Positions 52,975 through 64,000 of a DNA stretch of 64,000 bases are shown here, one piece after another; the first letter of the stretch is position 1; each line of letters starts with the position of its first letter. The notes below the pieces were generated by a model that was not told the DNA's origin, searched no databases, and saw only the letters and a list, made by a program, of their open reading frames with translations. The DNA comes from Lama guanicoe (taxonomy: Eukaryota), in NCBI GenBank assembly GCA_013239625.1, contig MU053933.1, forward strand, positions 1,180,001 to 1,244,000, in the 5' to 3' direction. The position numbers and the translations under genes are program-made.

Positions 52975-53805
52975 GTTTTGAGGGGGCCCAGGGAAGCCCA
53001 CCCCAAAATATGCTCAATGCCATATTGATTATCTTGAATTAAAGTTATTTCAGAAACGGTCAACATAAGACCCTCTGACTCTCCTCTCCGTCTCCCTGAA
53101 AGCAGGAACGAACCTCCCATGTGAAAGGTGCCCCCCCCCCGCCTCTTCATGCAGAAGGACACCCTGTCGCCAGAGACGGGCACTCCGGGCCGAGAAGCCC
53201 AGGTGAACCACCGCCTTCAAATACACACGACTGCAGAGAAAACAGATGAACAGCAAGGGCCTCCCGTACAGCACAGGGAACAGTGTTCAGTTTCTTGTAA
53301 TGAGCTGCCATGGAGAAGAAATTGAAGAAAAAATACATGTATCTGTATAACTGAATTGCTTTGCTGTGTCCCTGAAACTAAGATTGTAAATCAGCCACAC
53401 TTCAATAAAAAATAAGAGTTACAAAAAGGACTTCTCTGAACAGATCTGACTATGCAGCTTCGGCTTTGGAGACAAACGGACGTTTCACACATTCAGAAAA
53501 CTGTGAAAAACCAAAAGCCTCCTGGCGCCTTTCATTGGCCGCCCTGAGCACAGCCTGTTTAGCGTCTTCACCCACTGGGCTCCAAACCTGAGAGTCTCGG
53601 CCCTGGCAATGCCTCGCGTCTTACTGTCTCTGCTGTGTCTAAGAAGGACGAGCCCTGCTGCTTCGGCCGCTTCTGTGGGGCCTCCACGTGCAGGGACTCA
53701 GGTGGGGCTCTTTCTCTCCCACTAACCTGCCTTGTGTCGGTGTTACTCTTAGTCCAGCCACCAGAACCCAGGAGGGCTGGAGGGGGAGTCTCCCCTCCTC
53801 GCCAG
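52975..53805 (+). mobile_element. ERV1 (MER34-like) LTR interrupted by an L1 3' fragment (about 53220-53412)
   Basis: CCACCCCAAAATATG..ATATTGATTATCTTGAATTAAAGTT 5' half; CCAGCCACCAGAACCCAGGAGGG 3' half; internal CAGCACAGGGAAC..TAACTGAATTGCTTTGCTG..CTTCAATAAAA. Confidence 0.65.
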
Positions 53806-55204
53806 TTTCAGGCAGGAGATAAAAATCAACCCAGCATGTTGTGACTAGACCAGGGGACAGGGTCCTTGAGGGACCTCCTTCCTCTGACAGCCTAAAGCCT
53901 GTCACCAGCCAGTGCTGCCGCCCTTAGATCTCTAGCAGGAGACTCGGGCCAGCGGGCCCCTCATCAGCTGAGAGGTGTTGGGAGGAGGCCTGGCTGGGGG
54001 CCTGGGGCCTCGAGGGATGGTCCCCAACCCCTTTGGGCTCCCTTGGCATTTCTGTCTACACTTCAACTGAAACAAAACAAAACAAACAAAAACCCTCCTA
54101 AGGCAAAAAGAGGCCCAAGGATTTATGACCTGAAGTCCCGGCTTCACCTGCCCGCAGCCCGTCTGCGGACATCCCGTGGGGGCTGCAGGGGCTTCCCTTG
54201 TTGGGCTGGATGGAGTCCATGTGGGTGGAGTCGTTGTGAAATGGGCGTCTTCTGTCTGCTTTGGGGTGAGAATCACGTCACTTCTCCAGCCGCCCTTGGG
54301 AACTGAGCAGGGGTGTCTGAGTCTCTTAAACTGTGTGACCAAGTTGTGACCCCATGACCTGAGCTGGACGTCCCTGGTAAAAGCAGAAAACAACCCATCC
54401 GGAGAGCTTCGGCAACAACGTGGGCTTGAAGAGCTCCCGCTAGTTCAGACCCTGGAGTTGCCAACTCAGAGGCCGATGGGCAGGACCGGGCAGCCACGGC
54501 TCCAAGGAGACACTGCGCTAAGGATGCAGGTCCAGAGCTCCCGGCCCGGATCTGGCCACGACGCTGCAGGACGACGCGGGTTCCCCAGGGCTGCTGGTGG
54601 CCCTGAATTCCCCCAGCTCCACCTTCCTGGAGTAAGCCCAGACCCCTGGGTCTAGGAGCCCTCTTCTAGCCACAGTGAGAGGCAGGGACCTCTAAAAACC
54701 ACTTAACTGTGCACTTTAAAAGAGTAAACTTTATGGTATATGAATTACACCTTAATAAAGCTTAATTTTTTTTTTAAGCGGAGCTTGGCATGTTGAGGGG
54801 TAAGGCAGCCAGGGAAGACTGGTTAGGGAGCTGATCCTGGGAGGGGGACCAGGGTGCAGGCGTGGAGGCGGAGCAGACGGGCCAGGGAGAGCTTGGGAGG
54901 TGGGCGGCCAGGCCTGGCTGATGGCTTGGATGTGGAGGGCAAGGGTATGAAAGGAAGAGGTTTTTGGCCTGAGTGTCTCACCCAGGCAGGCTGATGGGTG
55001 TCTGTGCGGGGGAACCAGGGTGGACAACAGCTTGGGACCTTGTCTCTGGACACCTCGCGCCCCCAGGCCAGGCTGAACCCTGGCTCCGCTGCCTGAGGCC
55101 TCCTGGTCCTGCGGGAACTCAGAGAAGGTCTTGGAGGCTGTGCTTTTTCTACAGACAAGAGGTAGGTGGAGGACAAGGCGGAGGTTTGTTCTGGCCCCAG
55201 ATTT

Positions 55205-55600
55205 CCTACTGGGTTACAGCTTTAGGCACATTCACATTATTGTGTGACCATCCAGCTGCAGAATAGTCCATTATCCACAACGGAACTCTGTCTCCATTAA
55301 ACGCTCACTCCCCGTTCCCCTCCCCTCAGCCCCTCATTCTATCTCCATGAATCTGAATCCTCTAGGGACCTCATATCAGTGGATCAAGCAGTATTTGTCC
55401 TTTTGTGACTGGCTTATGTCGCTGAGCTTGATGTCCTCAAGGCCCATCCACGTTGTAGCAGGTGTCAGAACGTCCTTCCGTTTTGAGGCTAAGAAATACT
55501 CCACTGTCACGGGTGGACCGCATTTTGTTTATCCACGCGTCCGTGGACGGACATTTGGGTTGTCTCCACCTGTTCGCTTTGTGACTGTGCTGCTGTGAGC
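55205..55600 (-). mobile_element. L1MB-like 3' fragment
   Basis: CTCTAGGGACCTCATATCAGTGGATCA..GTATTTGTCCTTTTGTGACTGGCTTAT..ATCCACGTTGTAGCAGGTGTCAGAA. Confidence 0.8.
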
Positions 55601-57360
55601 TTGGGTGTGTGCATTTTCATCTTTTCGACAGCTGCAGAAAATCCCGCGCAGTGGGGTTTGGCGCACCTGCCCCGGTGCACCTTTAGCCAGCGCCTGCTTT
55701 TGGCATCACAGACACGGCTGCACCAGGTGGGCCCGGCGCAGGCTGCTCCAGACCTGTGCGGCTGCGTCGTGGGGTGCTCTGCCGCAGCTGGATTTGCTGC
55801 ATCTGTAAACCCGTGTCTTTGAACTCTTTCTGTTTGGCAGCTGTTGGAAGCTGGTTGAAGACGTGCCAGATCTTGCAGGTGATGGTGTGAGGGTTGTGGG
55901 TGTATTTACCAGGCTACAGTCATGGACAGACTTGGCAGAATTCAGACTTTGCCGTAGTTGGAGCTGCACCTTTGACAGAACAGCTGCTCTGCCCTGGAAG
56001 CGGGAACCCCCGCGTGCTGCGGGGAATGGACACCAGGGGGCGCAGCTCTGCCGCTTTTGGGCAGGGAGAAGGCTCAGTCCAGTTCTCCGGTTCTGCTGCT
56101 GCACGGATGGTTATTTAGGACTTGAGTCGAGGGGTGGGGCGGAAGTACCGTGTTTCCCAAAGAGAGGCTACACAGGACTTGTCTGGGTTTTGGGTGGAGA
56201 ACAAGTGATGAAGCTGGAGACCACTTCTGGGGACTCGGGGTTCCTGGCGGTTCCACCCAAGCCTCAGCCCAGCGCCTGCTCTTCAGCCGCTGCCTCCTCC
56301 GGGCGCCGCAAGCCAGGCCCCATGGACACAGGGCCCCACGGCTGCTATGTGTGATTCTTTTACACTGATGACGGTGTGTTTCTTTACCGTCTAAACAAAA
56401 TACCTGTCCAGTGGCCCTGTCCTTCAGTTCACCGTGGCCGGGCACACATCGTCTCCTGTTGTCTGTTGACCATGACTGGCGGCAGGGCCCCCCTGGTGGC
56501 TCCAGGACTCTCGGTGGGATGCTTGCTGGGTGAGGGCGGTGGAGGGAGCGGGGCCAGGTCCTTCCTGGCTGTCGGTGGGGGTCAGCGGGGTCTCTCACTT
56601 CCTCCTCCTGCCAGCACAGCACGGGGCTACCTTCCCACCCCAGGTGTCCAGAGCTCCTAGGTTTCAGGGTGTCCGAAGGAGCTCAGAGGGGCTGGAGGCT
56701 TCCAGTGTTTCTAGTGAGACTTTGAGAAATTCACCTGCACACTTTCCCCAAGAGGAGGAGGAGGATATAAACATTATACTCGCTCATTTTGCATGATTTC
56801 ATGAATTTGCAGGGACGGTTCAGAGGGAGCATGGTCATCTCAGCTGACACTTGTTTATTCGGTACAGCAATTCCGCTTCTGGGAATCTGACCCGGAGAAG
56901 TGCTTGCACGGGAACGTGGGCAAAGCCGGTTGCTGGGACGTGGTCTGTAACCAGCCCGACCGGAGGCATCCGCATGCGGCTCCAGGGTGATGCCCGGGCA
57001 CCTTCGCGTACGCGCGTGGACAGGGGTCTCCGTCAGTTCTCAGAGCGAGGCCGGCCGGGGTCTGCTGGTCCAGGAGCAGGTGCCAGGGCTCTGTGTGGTG
57101 CGTCCCTGCCCCGAGAGCCTTGAAGTTACTCCCACAAGGGCAAGCAGTCCACGAAGCCCCTGGGGCATCACGCGCAGTCAGTCGTCTCCAAGTGTCTAAA
57201 CGCCCTCATTTTCTTACTCCTCCTGCCCTGTCACGTGTTTAAGCCGAGTCCAGGCATCAAGCCACACCACTCCCTCCCGGCCCCAGGGTGCTCCTCTAAG
57301 GACAGAAAACTTCTTACAGTACCACGGTACCACTGTCAGACCTATCGAGACTTAGCAACT

Positions 57361-57505
57361 GGGGAGAAGGGGAGGGTGTAGCTCAGCGATAGAGCACGTG
57401 CCTAGCATGCACGAGGTCCAGGGTTCAATCCCCAGCACCTCTGTTGAAAGACAAACAAATAAAAATAAAAAAACCTAAGTACTTCCCGCAAAAATAATAA
57501 AAAAA
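57361..57505 (+). mobile_element. vic-1-type tRNA-Ala-derived SINE
   Basis: GGGGAGGGTGTAGCTCAGCGATAGAGCACGTGCCTAGCATGCACGAGGTCCAGGGTTCAATCCCCAGCACCTC with A and B boxes, A-rich tail, target-site duplication TTAGCAA (57352-58 / 57506-12). Confidence 0.9.
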
Positions 57506-57689
57506 TTAGCAATCAGTTCTTAATGACATGCAGCAGCCTGTGTCTGAATTTCCCCAGTTGCCTCAAAGCTGTCTTCTCACAGCGAGCGTATTTACACCGG
57601 GACCCCCGCCTTGGGTGTGGCTGTCACGCTCTGCAGGTCTTTGCAGACGGAGCTGGAGTGCGCATCATGCGCAGTGACGTCTGTGTCCT

Positions 57690-58115
57690 GTGGCCGCTGT
57701 GACAAATGACCACAAATGTAGTGGCTCAAAGATAACACAAATGTGTTGTCTTTTGTGACAAGACACAGAGGCCCATTGACCAGAATGGGCCTCCCGGGGC
57801 CGAAATTAAGGAGCTGACAGGCTTGCATCCCTCGTGAAGGCTCGGGGCAGAATCCTCACATTTCCCCGCTTCTCAGGGCCACCCACACTCGCTAACTCAC
57901 CCCCTGCATGCCTCCGCTCTGTTTCCTCGTCACATCTTCTGCGACCCTCCAGCCTCCCCTCTTTCCCTGTGATGACATTGGATCCACCTGGATAATCCAG
58001 GCTGCTCGGGACCCTTCATTTAATCACAGAGTCCCTTTTGTCATACAAAGTAGCATAGTTACAGGTTCTGAGGAGGAGGACCGGACGTCTCCGAAAGGGC
58101 ATTCTTCCAAACACA
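57690..58115 (-). mobile_element. MaLR MLT1 LTR
   Basis: GCTGTGACAAATGACCACAAATGTAGTGGCTCAAA..GATGACATTGGATCCACCTGGATAATCCAGG..ACAGGTTCTGAGG. Confidence 0.75.
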
Positions 58116-58538
58116 GCAGCCAATTAGTAACAGCTGGGATGGAGACACAGCAATGACCTCACTGTGGTTCTTTCAATTTCTGCAGCCAACTGGGGGCTGT
58201 CACTGCACTTGTGAGGGAGAGGCAGGGACGCTGCACACGTCACTGTGTGCACAGGAGCCGAGGTTCCGCCTAGAAACCGCTCAGCCACTGCCGCCAAAGG
58301 GGGTTTGCCGCTCGGAACCTCCGCTGGCCACAGCCGGCTCCGGCGGGGCGTCTTCCGGGCTCCTGGGGGAGTTCGTCGCCCCTCCTGGGGGTCTCCAGAC
58401 TACACCCTGATCAGAGCCCGGGATGGTCAAGATGGAAAAATACACATACTATAAAATCTATTGATTTTTAGAAGTTTTAAAGCGAATAGGTCTGTGGCAG
58501 TAAGTACATTCACTTTGCTGTGTGACCATCACCACCAC

Positions 58539-58925
58539 GTGATGGTCAGTTTTGTGCATCAGCTTGGCCAGCTTCTCGTCCCAGGGATTTAGTCAAACGC
58601 TCATCGAGGTGTTGCTGGAAAGGTATTTTGTAGGCGCGGTTAACCCCTACCACCAGCTGCCTTTGCTTAAAGCAGTTCACTCTAGAGGATCTGGATGGGT
58701 CTCATTCCATCAGCTGAAAGGCCTTAAAGGGGAAAAATTGAGGTTTTTCTAGGGAAGAAAAACTTCCGCCTCAAGACTGCAGCGTCAGCGCCTGCCTGAG
58801 TTCCTAGCCTACCGGCCTGCCTGGCAGGCTTTGGACTCGCCACCTTCTTCCCTTTCCTTGTTGGGTCTGTTTGCCTGTGACCCGTAGTGAGTTTGTCTGT
58901 GTGTCTGTCTCTCCCAGGGGACTGC
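58539..58925 (+). mobile_element. MLT2-like LTR
   Basis: TGATGGTCAGTTTTGTGCATCAGCTTGGC..CCATCAGCTGAAAGGCCTTAA..GCCTCAAGACTGCAGC. Confidence 0.65.
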
Positions 58926-59552
58926 AAGCCTTCTGAAGGCAGGAACTGGCTTTTCCGTAGTTGCATTCGATCGGGATGGCACAAAGTGGGTGCCTAATAA
59001 AAACGTGGTTGCCTCTGACTTCCCCAGCCCTGGAATGCAGGTGGACCCACGGGAGAGGGCTGTCCAGGCTGCGCCGATGGCCTGACGAGCGACCTTTGGT
59101 AATGCACGCGGGATCTCATGTGTTCCCTCTCTCCTGGTGCCGTCGCCCACCCCTGCCCGCCCCAGGTGGTTCCGTTCACTTTGAGGAAGGGAGAGATCTT
59201 GGGGACTCTTCCGTTGGTGGGTCACGGGGGCCACCTGGGGCTTCTACTGCCTCCTCTGGGAGGCCCACCCTGATCGCTGGGGCGGGATTAGCCCTCCCCT
59301 TATGCGCTGTCGTTGCACCTGGGGCTTGGCCCTAGTGCCAGACCCATCTCGTTCGTGCATTCCTTTACTCATTCAATAAAGCAGGGAGTGGATTTGGTTT
59401 GGGTCTTGGTTGGAACAAAGCTGTAAAAGGACCATGTTTGAGACAATCAGGGATGTCTGGTGAGGGACTAGCTTTTGGGTGACACCAGGAAATGATTGCT
59501 AACTGTCAAATGTGAAATGGAATTTGTGCTTATACGAGGAAACGTTCATTGA

Positions 59553-59683
59553 ATTTTTTTTGCTTGTTCATTTTGGGGGGTAATTAGGTTTATTTATTTA
59601 TTTTAATGGAGGCACTGGGGACTGAGCCCAGCACCTCATGCGTGCCAGGCACGCACCCTACCCCCGGGCTCCACCCTCCGCCC
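59553..59683 (-). mobile_element. vic-1-type SINE inserted in an old L1 fragment
   Basis: Reverse complement of the head at 57361 plus AATAAATAAACCTAATTACCCCCC tail; flanks GAAACGTTC/GAAATGTTC. Confidence 0.8.
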
Positions 59684-60625
59684 GAAATGTTCCTATTTTT
59701 AAGAGAAGGACTGACGTGTGAAGGGGGTGAGCTGACATGAAGTCCGGGCTTTGCTTTAAAAGATTTCAGGGAAGGAAAAAAGAGCAAGCGAATGGGGGCA
59801 AAATCCTCACAGTTGTGGGGTCTCGCTGGTGAGTATGTGGGGTTCACTGTACCATGTTCTTTAATTTTTCAGATGTATGAAAAATTCAGTAACAAAGGTA
59901 AACCCAAATCAAATAGTACGTTACGCTCAAGACAAAAATGATTGAAAATACGCAGTGGGGGTGAGGAGGAGCGCGTGTCCCACCGCAGGCAGACACAACC
60001 TGGTGTGCCTGGGGCAGAACTGTCTCTAAGTCTCCACCTTAACTCGTGTCCCCTTCGGGCAGTGTCTGGGGGCCGCTGCTGGGTCTCCGTGCTCAGGGCC
60101 AGGGAGGGGCTGGAGCAGGATGGCCTGCCCTCCCCCTCATCGGCCACGTGGGGTCGGCAGGGGGCTGTATGTGCAGCCCGCACACCTGATGAGGAGTCAG
60201 CACTGCCGAGGGCACAGCCAGGGCTCGCTCGTGCTGACCATAACGATGCCTGTCCGCTCACAGGGGCAGATTTGTGGGGGAGCCCCGCGGGGCCCTGGAG
60301 TGGAAAATCGGGGTGCCAGCGCTTTGTGATCGCGCCTGCAGACTGCTGGCGTGTGGGAATCCTGGGCGCAAAGCAAATCCCAGCCTTTGTGTGAGCAGGG
60401 CTGGCATCTGGCTGGTGTGCAGCGGAACGCAAACTGCTGAGAGCGGGCTTAGCCGGCCACGGAAACAATGGAGAGGGGACAGCCGGTCCCCCCGGGGTCG
60501 CCCTCCAGGCCACGTTTCCTGCCGACACAGGGCTTTGCAAGGGTCTGACCCCAAATTCCTGACAGCCCGACTTGTTTGGATGTCGGAGAGAGATGATTTC
60601 AGGAACTGTGGCTCATGCTCCCCCA

Positions 60626-60760
60626 GACACACACAGAAGCGCACACACCACACACGTGGACACACACACTGCACAGACTCACACAGAAGCACACACACCA
60701 CACAGACACGCACACATGCACCACCCCCATACAGACACGGACACAAACGTCCACACGCAG
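60626..60760. repeat. Degenerate (CA)n-rich simple repeat
   Basis: ACACACAGAAGC(G/A)CACACACCACACA units visible. Confidence 0.8.
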
Positions 60761-63499
60761 CCAGGGGTCTGCCCTGGCGCCCGCACTCCCCACACCCAGC
60801 CCGCTGGTTCCTTCAGCCCTGCCCTTTCCATTTTCAGACCCTCCCCATCAGCGCCCCTTCTCCAGGTCTGCCCGCCTGGGCCCCTCGCTGGACTCCCCCA
60901 CCCCAGGAGCCTCAGGCTGGCTCGCTGTGACGGCAGGTCCCCCAGGATGCGGATCCCATGTGGGTGCTGGATTCCCTTGGATCTGCAGGCGGCGTCAGGC
61001 CTGCAGGGACCTCAACAGAATCCTCTCTGGATGCCATTTCTTTTCTCGGCTTTAAGAGAAAGATACTCTTTTTTCTTTGATTTTTGGAAAGTTTGTATTT
61101 CTTCTCTTCAACCTGCCACATGGGTCAAGCCTGCCGGACACCCTGGGATGGATGAAGTGTGCTGGGCCCCGGCCATTCTGGGCAGACTCAGGAGAGCCAC
61201 GTGGTCACTGTGTCCGTGGGCCTTGTTCCCCCAAGGGCAGTGGTGACAGCAGTGGCTCCTTCAGGCTGTGCGAGGACAAACATCCACGTGGGGCTGGCTG
61301 CACACAGAGGGCCTCGGGTGAAGCCGGCTCCACTGCTTCCCTGAGATTTGGGCGGGCATCTCCCGGTCACCTCCTCGTCCCCTGCCTGTCCGTACCCACC
61401 AGCTTCCCTGCCTCTAAGACCAAGGCTGTAGGGAGGGGCCAGTCACATTCTCCAGAGTCTCAGGACACAGGCGGAAGGGATGGCAACCCTCCGGGAAGCC
61501 AGGGATTAGGGAGCAGGGGGCCAAGAGATGGCCAGTGAGGAGTTTCTGACACACGGGCCCAGGCTGGACGTGTCACAGTCCTTGGGGAGGAAAGCACGGC
61601 TCAGAGGCACCGTCCTCCTCACTCAGGAGCCTGAGGTCCGATGGCCTCCTGTTCCTGTCCTCCCTGGTCCCCAGCCCACCGTGGGCCCGGTCCTCCCTCT
61701 CTGGGTGGGAGCTCCAGGGCTGTCCCTGCCATTGCTCTGCACAGACCTGGCCCAGATGTCAGGGTCACACCTCTGAGCACTTCTTCTGCTCCCTCACCTG
61801 TCCTGGGGGTGGTCTTGGGGTCATCTCTGTGGCCTTACAGGGACCATGGCTGGACCGAGTGGGAAGACCTCTGTTGGGGTCTCCATGACGGGCTGGAGGG
61901 ATGGAAGCGTCCCAGCACAGCCTGTCCCGGTCACCAGGGATGTGCACAAATCAGGGTCAGGGCCCAGGATGCTCTGGCTCATGGCTCAGCATGAGGACAG
62001 TGGGGCTCACTGCACAGATCTGAGGGGGCGCCTCCATCCCAAAGAGGACCACTGGCCGCGCCCCAGGACCCGTCCTCCCAGCCCACGGCTCAGGAGCACG
62101 TTGCTGGAGTTCCGTGGCTTCGTCCTCCCTCTGCACACCTTTTTGGTTGGCTCCAGGACCCTAATAAATAGCCCAACAAGCCAGTGGGGGGGCCTCGCCA
62201 GCTCCTCTGACACAGCCTGTAGTGAACACTCAGGGTTTGGTAGGATTAAGGGAGTTTCCCCACTTTAGATTTATTGGATTTGCTCGAATTCTGAACAATG
62301 ACAATGTGTCATTTTTATAATAAAATGTTATTTAAAATAGAAAGAAAATCTACAGTCTTATCTGTCCTCCTAAAATCTTAGTTCACAAGACTTTCTTGGA
62401 AAAGCGTCTCCTCGTCAACAGCCTGCTTTTGTGCGTGGGAATAATAAACAGGACACAGAGAGGGGCTGTAGGCACCCGGGACCTCTGTGGGGCCGCGCAG
62501 TCCTCAGAGCACAAGCCTGAACAGTGAGGATTGGGCCAGAGCTGCCGCCCCAGGCTGGTTGACCAGACGGCCCTGCCGCTGGGCGGCATGGGGAGGCAGA
62601 TCCTGGCTCCTGAGGCTTCCCGATGGGGGCTTGCCTCGCGCGTCGTCTCCTAGAGCTCCTGGGAGGGCGTGTGTGGGGTGGGCTTCAGGTCTGCCCTAGG
62701 CTGCGGGGGGGGGGCCTTCACTCTCGCAGGCCTGTCAGACTCCCACGGGCGGGCAGCAGGTGGCCCGGAGGAACCCGAGGCCAGGGGTGTGCCTGGTGCT
62801 TTTGACGCCCAGAGCAGGGCACTCTGGGACTCTCCCTGCCCCACGTGACAAAATGGTTTCCGGTGGGGGAGGGTAGAGCCCAGGGGCAGAGCGCCTGCTT
62901 AGCCTGCTCTAGGTCCTGGGCTCAAGCCTCAGTAATTCCATTAAAAAAAAAAAGGATTTTTCCATGTAATCAGGGAATGATCATGAATAATCATGGTTTT
63001 CTTGATTGGTTCTTTGAAACAAACAATGAACAATAAAAAGACTATATTTCCATCTTAAAGGTATTATTATTCAAAATGAGTGAAATATTCCACCGAGAAC
63101 AGCCGTCTGCACTGAAGCGTCTCACCTCGTGGTCTGGGCTCCGTCTCACAGGTTCACATTTTAAACGTGCTGTAAAAGCGCCAAGAAGTCACGCAGAATG
63201 GCAGAGCTGAAGTGACGCCGGCTCTGTCTCCAAGCAGGCTGCCGTCGCTGATCTGAAACCTCATGTCTAAGCACAGAAAGACGTCGCATCACAGAGGCTG
63301 GAGGGAGAGCTGTCCCCGGCCTTGGCAACCAGCTCAGAACACGCTCACGGACGGGAGTCTGCTGGCGTCGGGCCGGCCATGTAACGGGAAGTTCTGGGGT
63401 GATTTCCACTTAGTAAATGCGTACAGAAAGACGAGGAAGAAAACTGCTTACCTGGAGATCACACACGCACTGGGGTCAAGAGATGTGCGGCCTCGGGAA

Positions 63500-63690
63500 A
63501 CTGGAAAAGCAAGTCACGTAGTTTCCCCTGGAGCCTCCAGGAGGGACCAGCCCTGCTGACACTTTGGTCTGAGCCCAGTGAGACCCACTTTGGACTCTGA
63601 CCTCCAAACTGCGAGGTAACACATTTGTGTGGTTTTAAGCCACTGAGTTTGTGGTCTGCTACAGCCGCCACAGGAAACCGATACCACACC
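63500..63690 (+). mobile_element. MaLR MLT1 LTR 3' part
   Basis: CCCTGGAGCCTCCAGGAGGGACCAGCCCTGCTGACACTTTG..TGTGTGGTTTTAAGCCACTGAGTTTGTGG..AGGAAACCGATAC. Confidence 0.8.
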
Positions 63691-64000
63691 ACGCTCTTGG
63701 GTTTGAAAGGTACCTGAGGGCTCTGTGGCCACCCCACTCCCTGGGTCCAGGCTCTGTGCCGTTGGTGCTGTAGGCTCAGTGCTGGCTCACCCTGAAGGTG
63801 CCCTCCGGCCCCACCTGCAGCAGGTGCCACCACACCCCGCCGAGGCCTCCGCACACGGGTAGGGGCTGCAGGGGAGTGTCTGGACATTCCTGTGTCTGAT
63901 GGACCGTGGCAGACCCCTGGCCACCCTGAGCTGTGTAGCCCATAGGCTGAGGTTGTGCCCAGCCCCTGCCTGCAGTCCCAGCCTGTCTGAATGACCACAC

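Noticed and set aside
56487..56500. Second CTCF-like motif (GCCACCAGGGGGGC, minus)
   Set aside because: An extra G disrupts the core spacing; such partial matches are common in GC-rich DNA.
57369..57441. Possible tRNA-Ala gene
   Set aside because: Mismatched stems, A-rich tail and target-site duplication show it is a SINE.
47000..64000. Hidden coding gene, processed pseudogene or CRYAA exons
   Set aside because: No ORF with recognisable protein similarity or consistent exon chain; the sequence is explained by repeats and GC-rich intergenic DNA. lncRNAs cannot be excluded by eye.

Overview
Mammalian genomic DNA, most likely camelid (three tRNA-Ala-derived vic-1-type SINEs). Two protein-coding genes lie on the minus strand in the CBS-U2AF1 synteny known from human 21q22.3. 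CBS (cystathionine beta-synthase) has 14 constitutive coding exons from ATG 18575 down to 1767, a 42-nt cassette exon at 1324-1365, candidate non-coding 5' exons and a CpG-island promoter at about 20-22.5 kb. Its last coding exon was not found and probably lies left of the window. U2AF1 is complete (ATG 45949, stop 33311; 238 aa) with mutually exclusive 67-nt exons Ab and 3. The region 47-64 kb is intergenic and repeat-rich (ERV1/MaLR/ERVL LTRs, L1, SINEs). All coding exon borders were read as GT-AG, with lengths matching the human exons as I recall them. I see no new multi-gene system. The best leads are three substitutions at the CBS autoinhibitory interface (N194Q, N463S, Y484S), candidate RNA helices around the U2AF1 mutually exclusive exons, a splice-terminated CBS uORF, and several recent small duplications. 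Repeat names and cross-species comparisons come from memory, not from searches.
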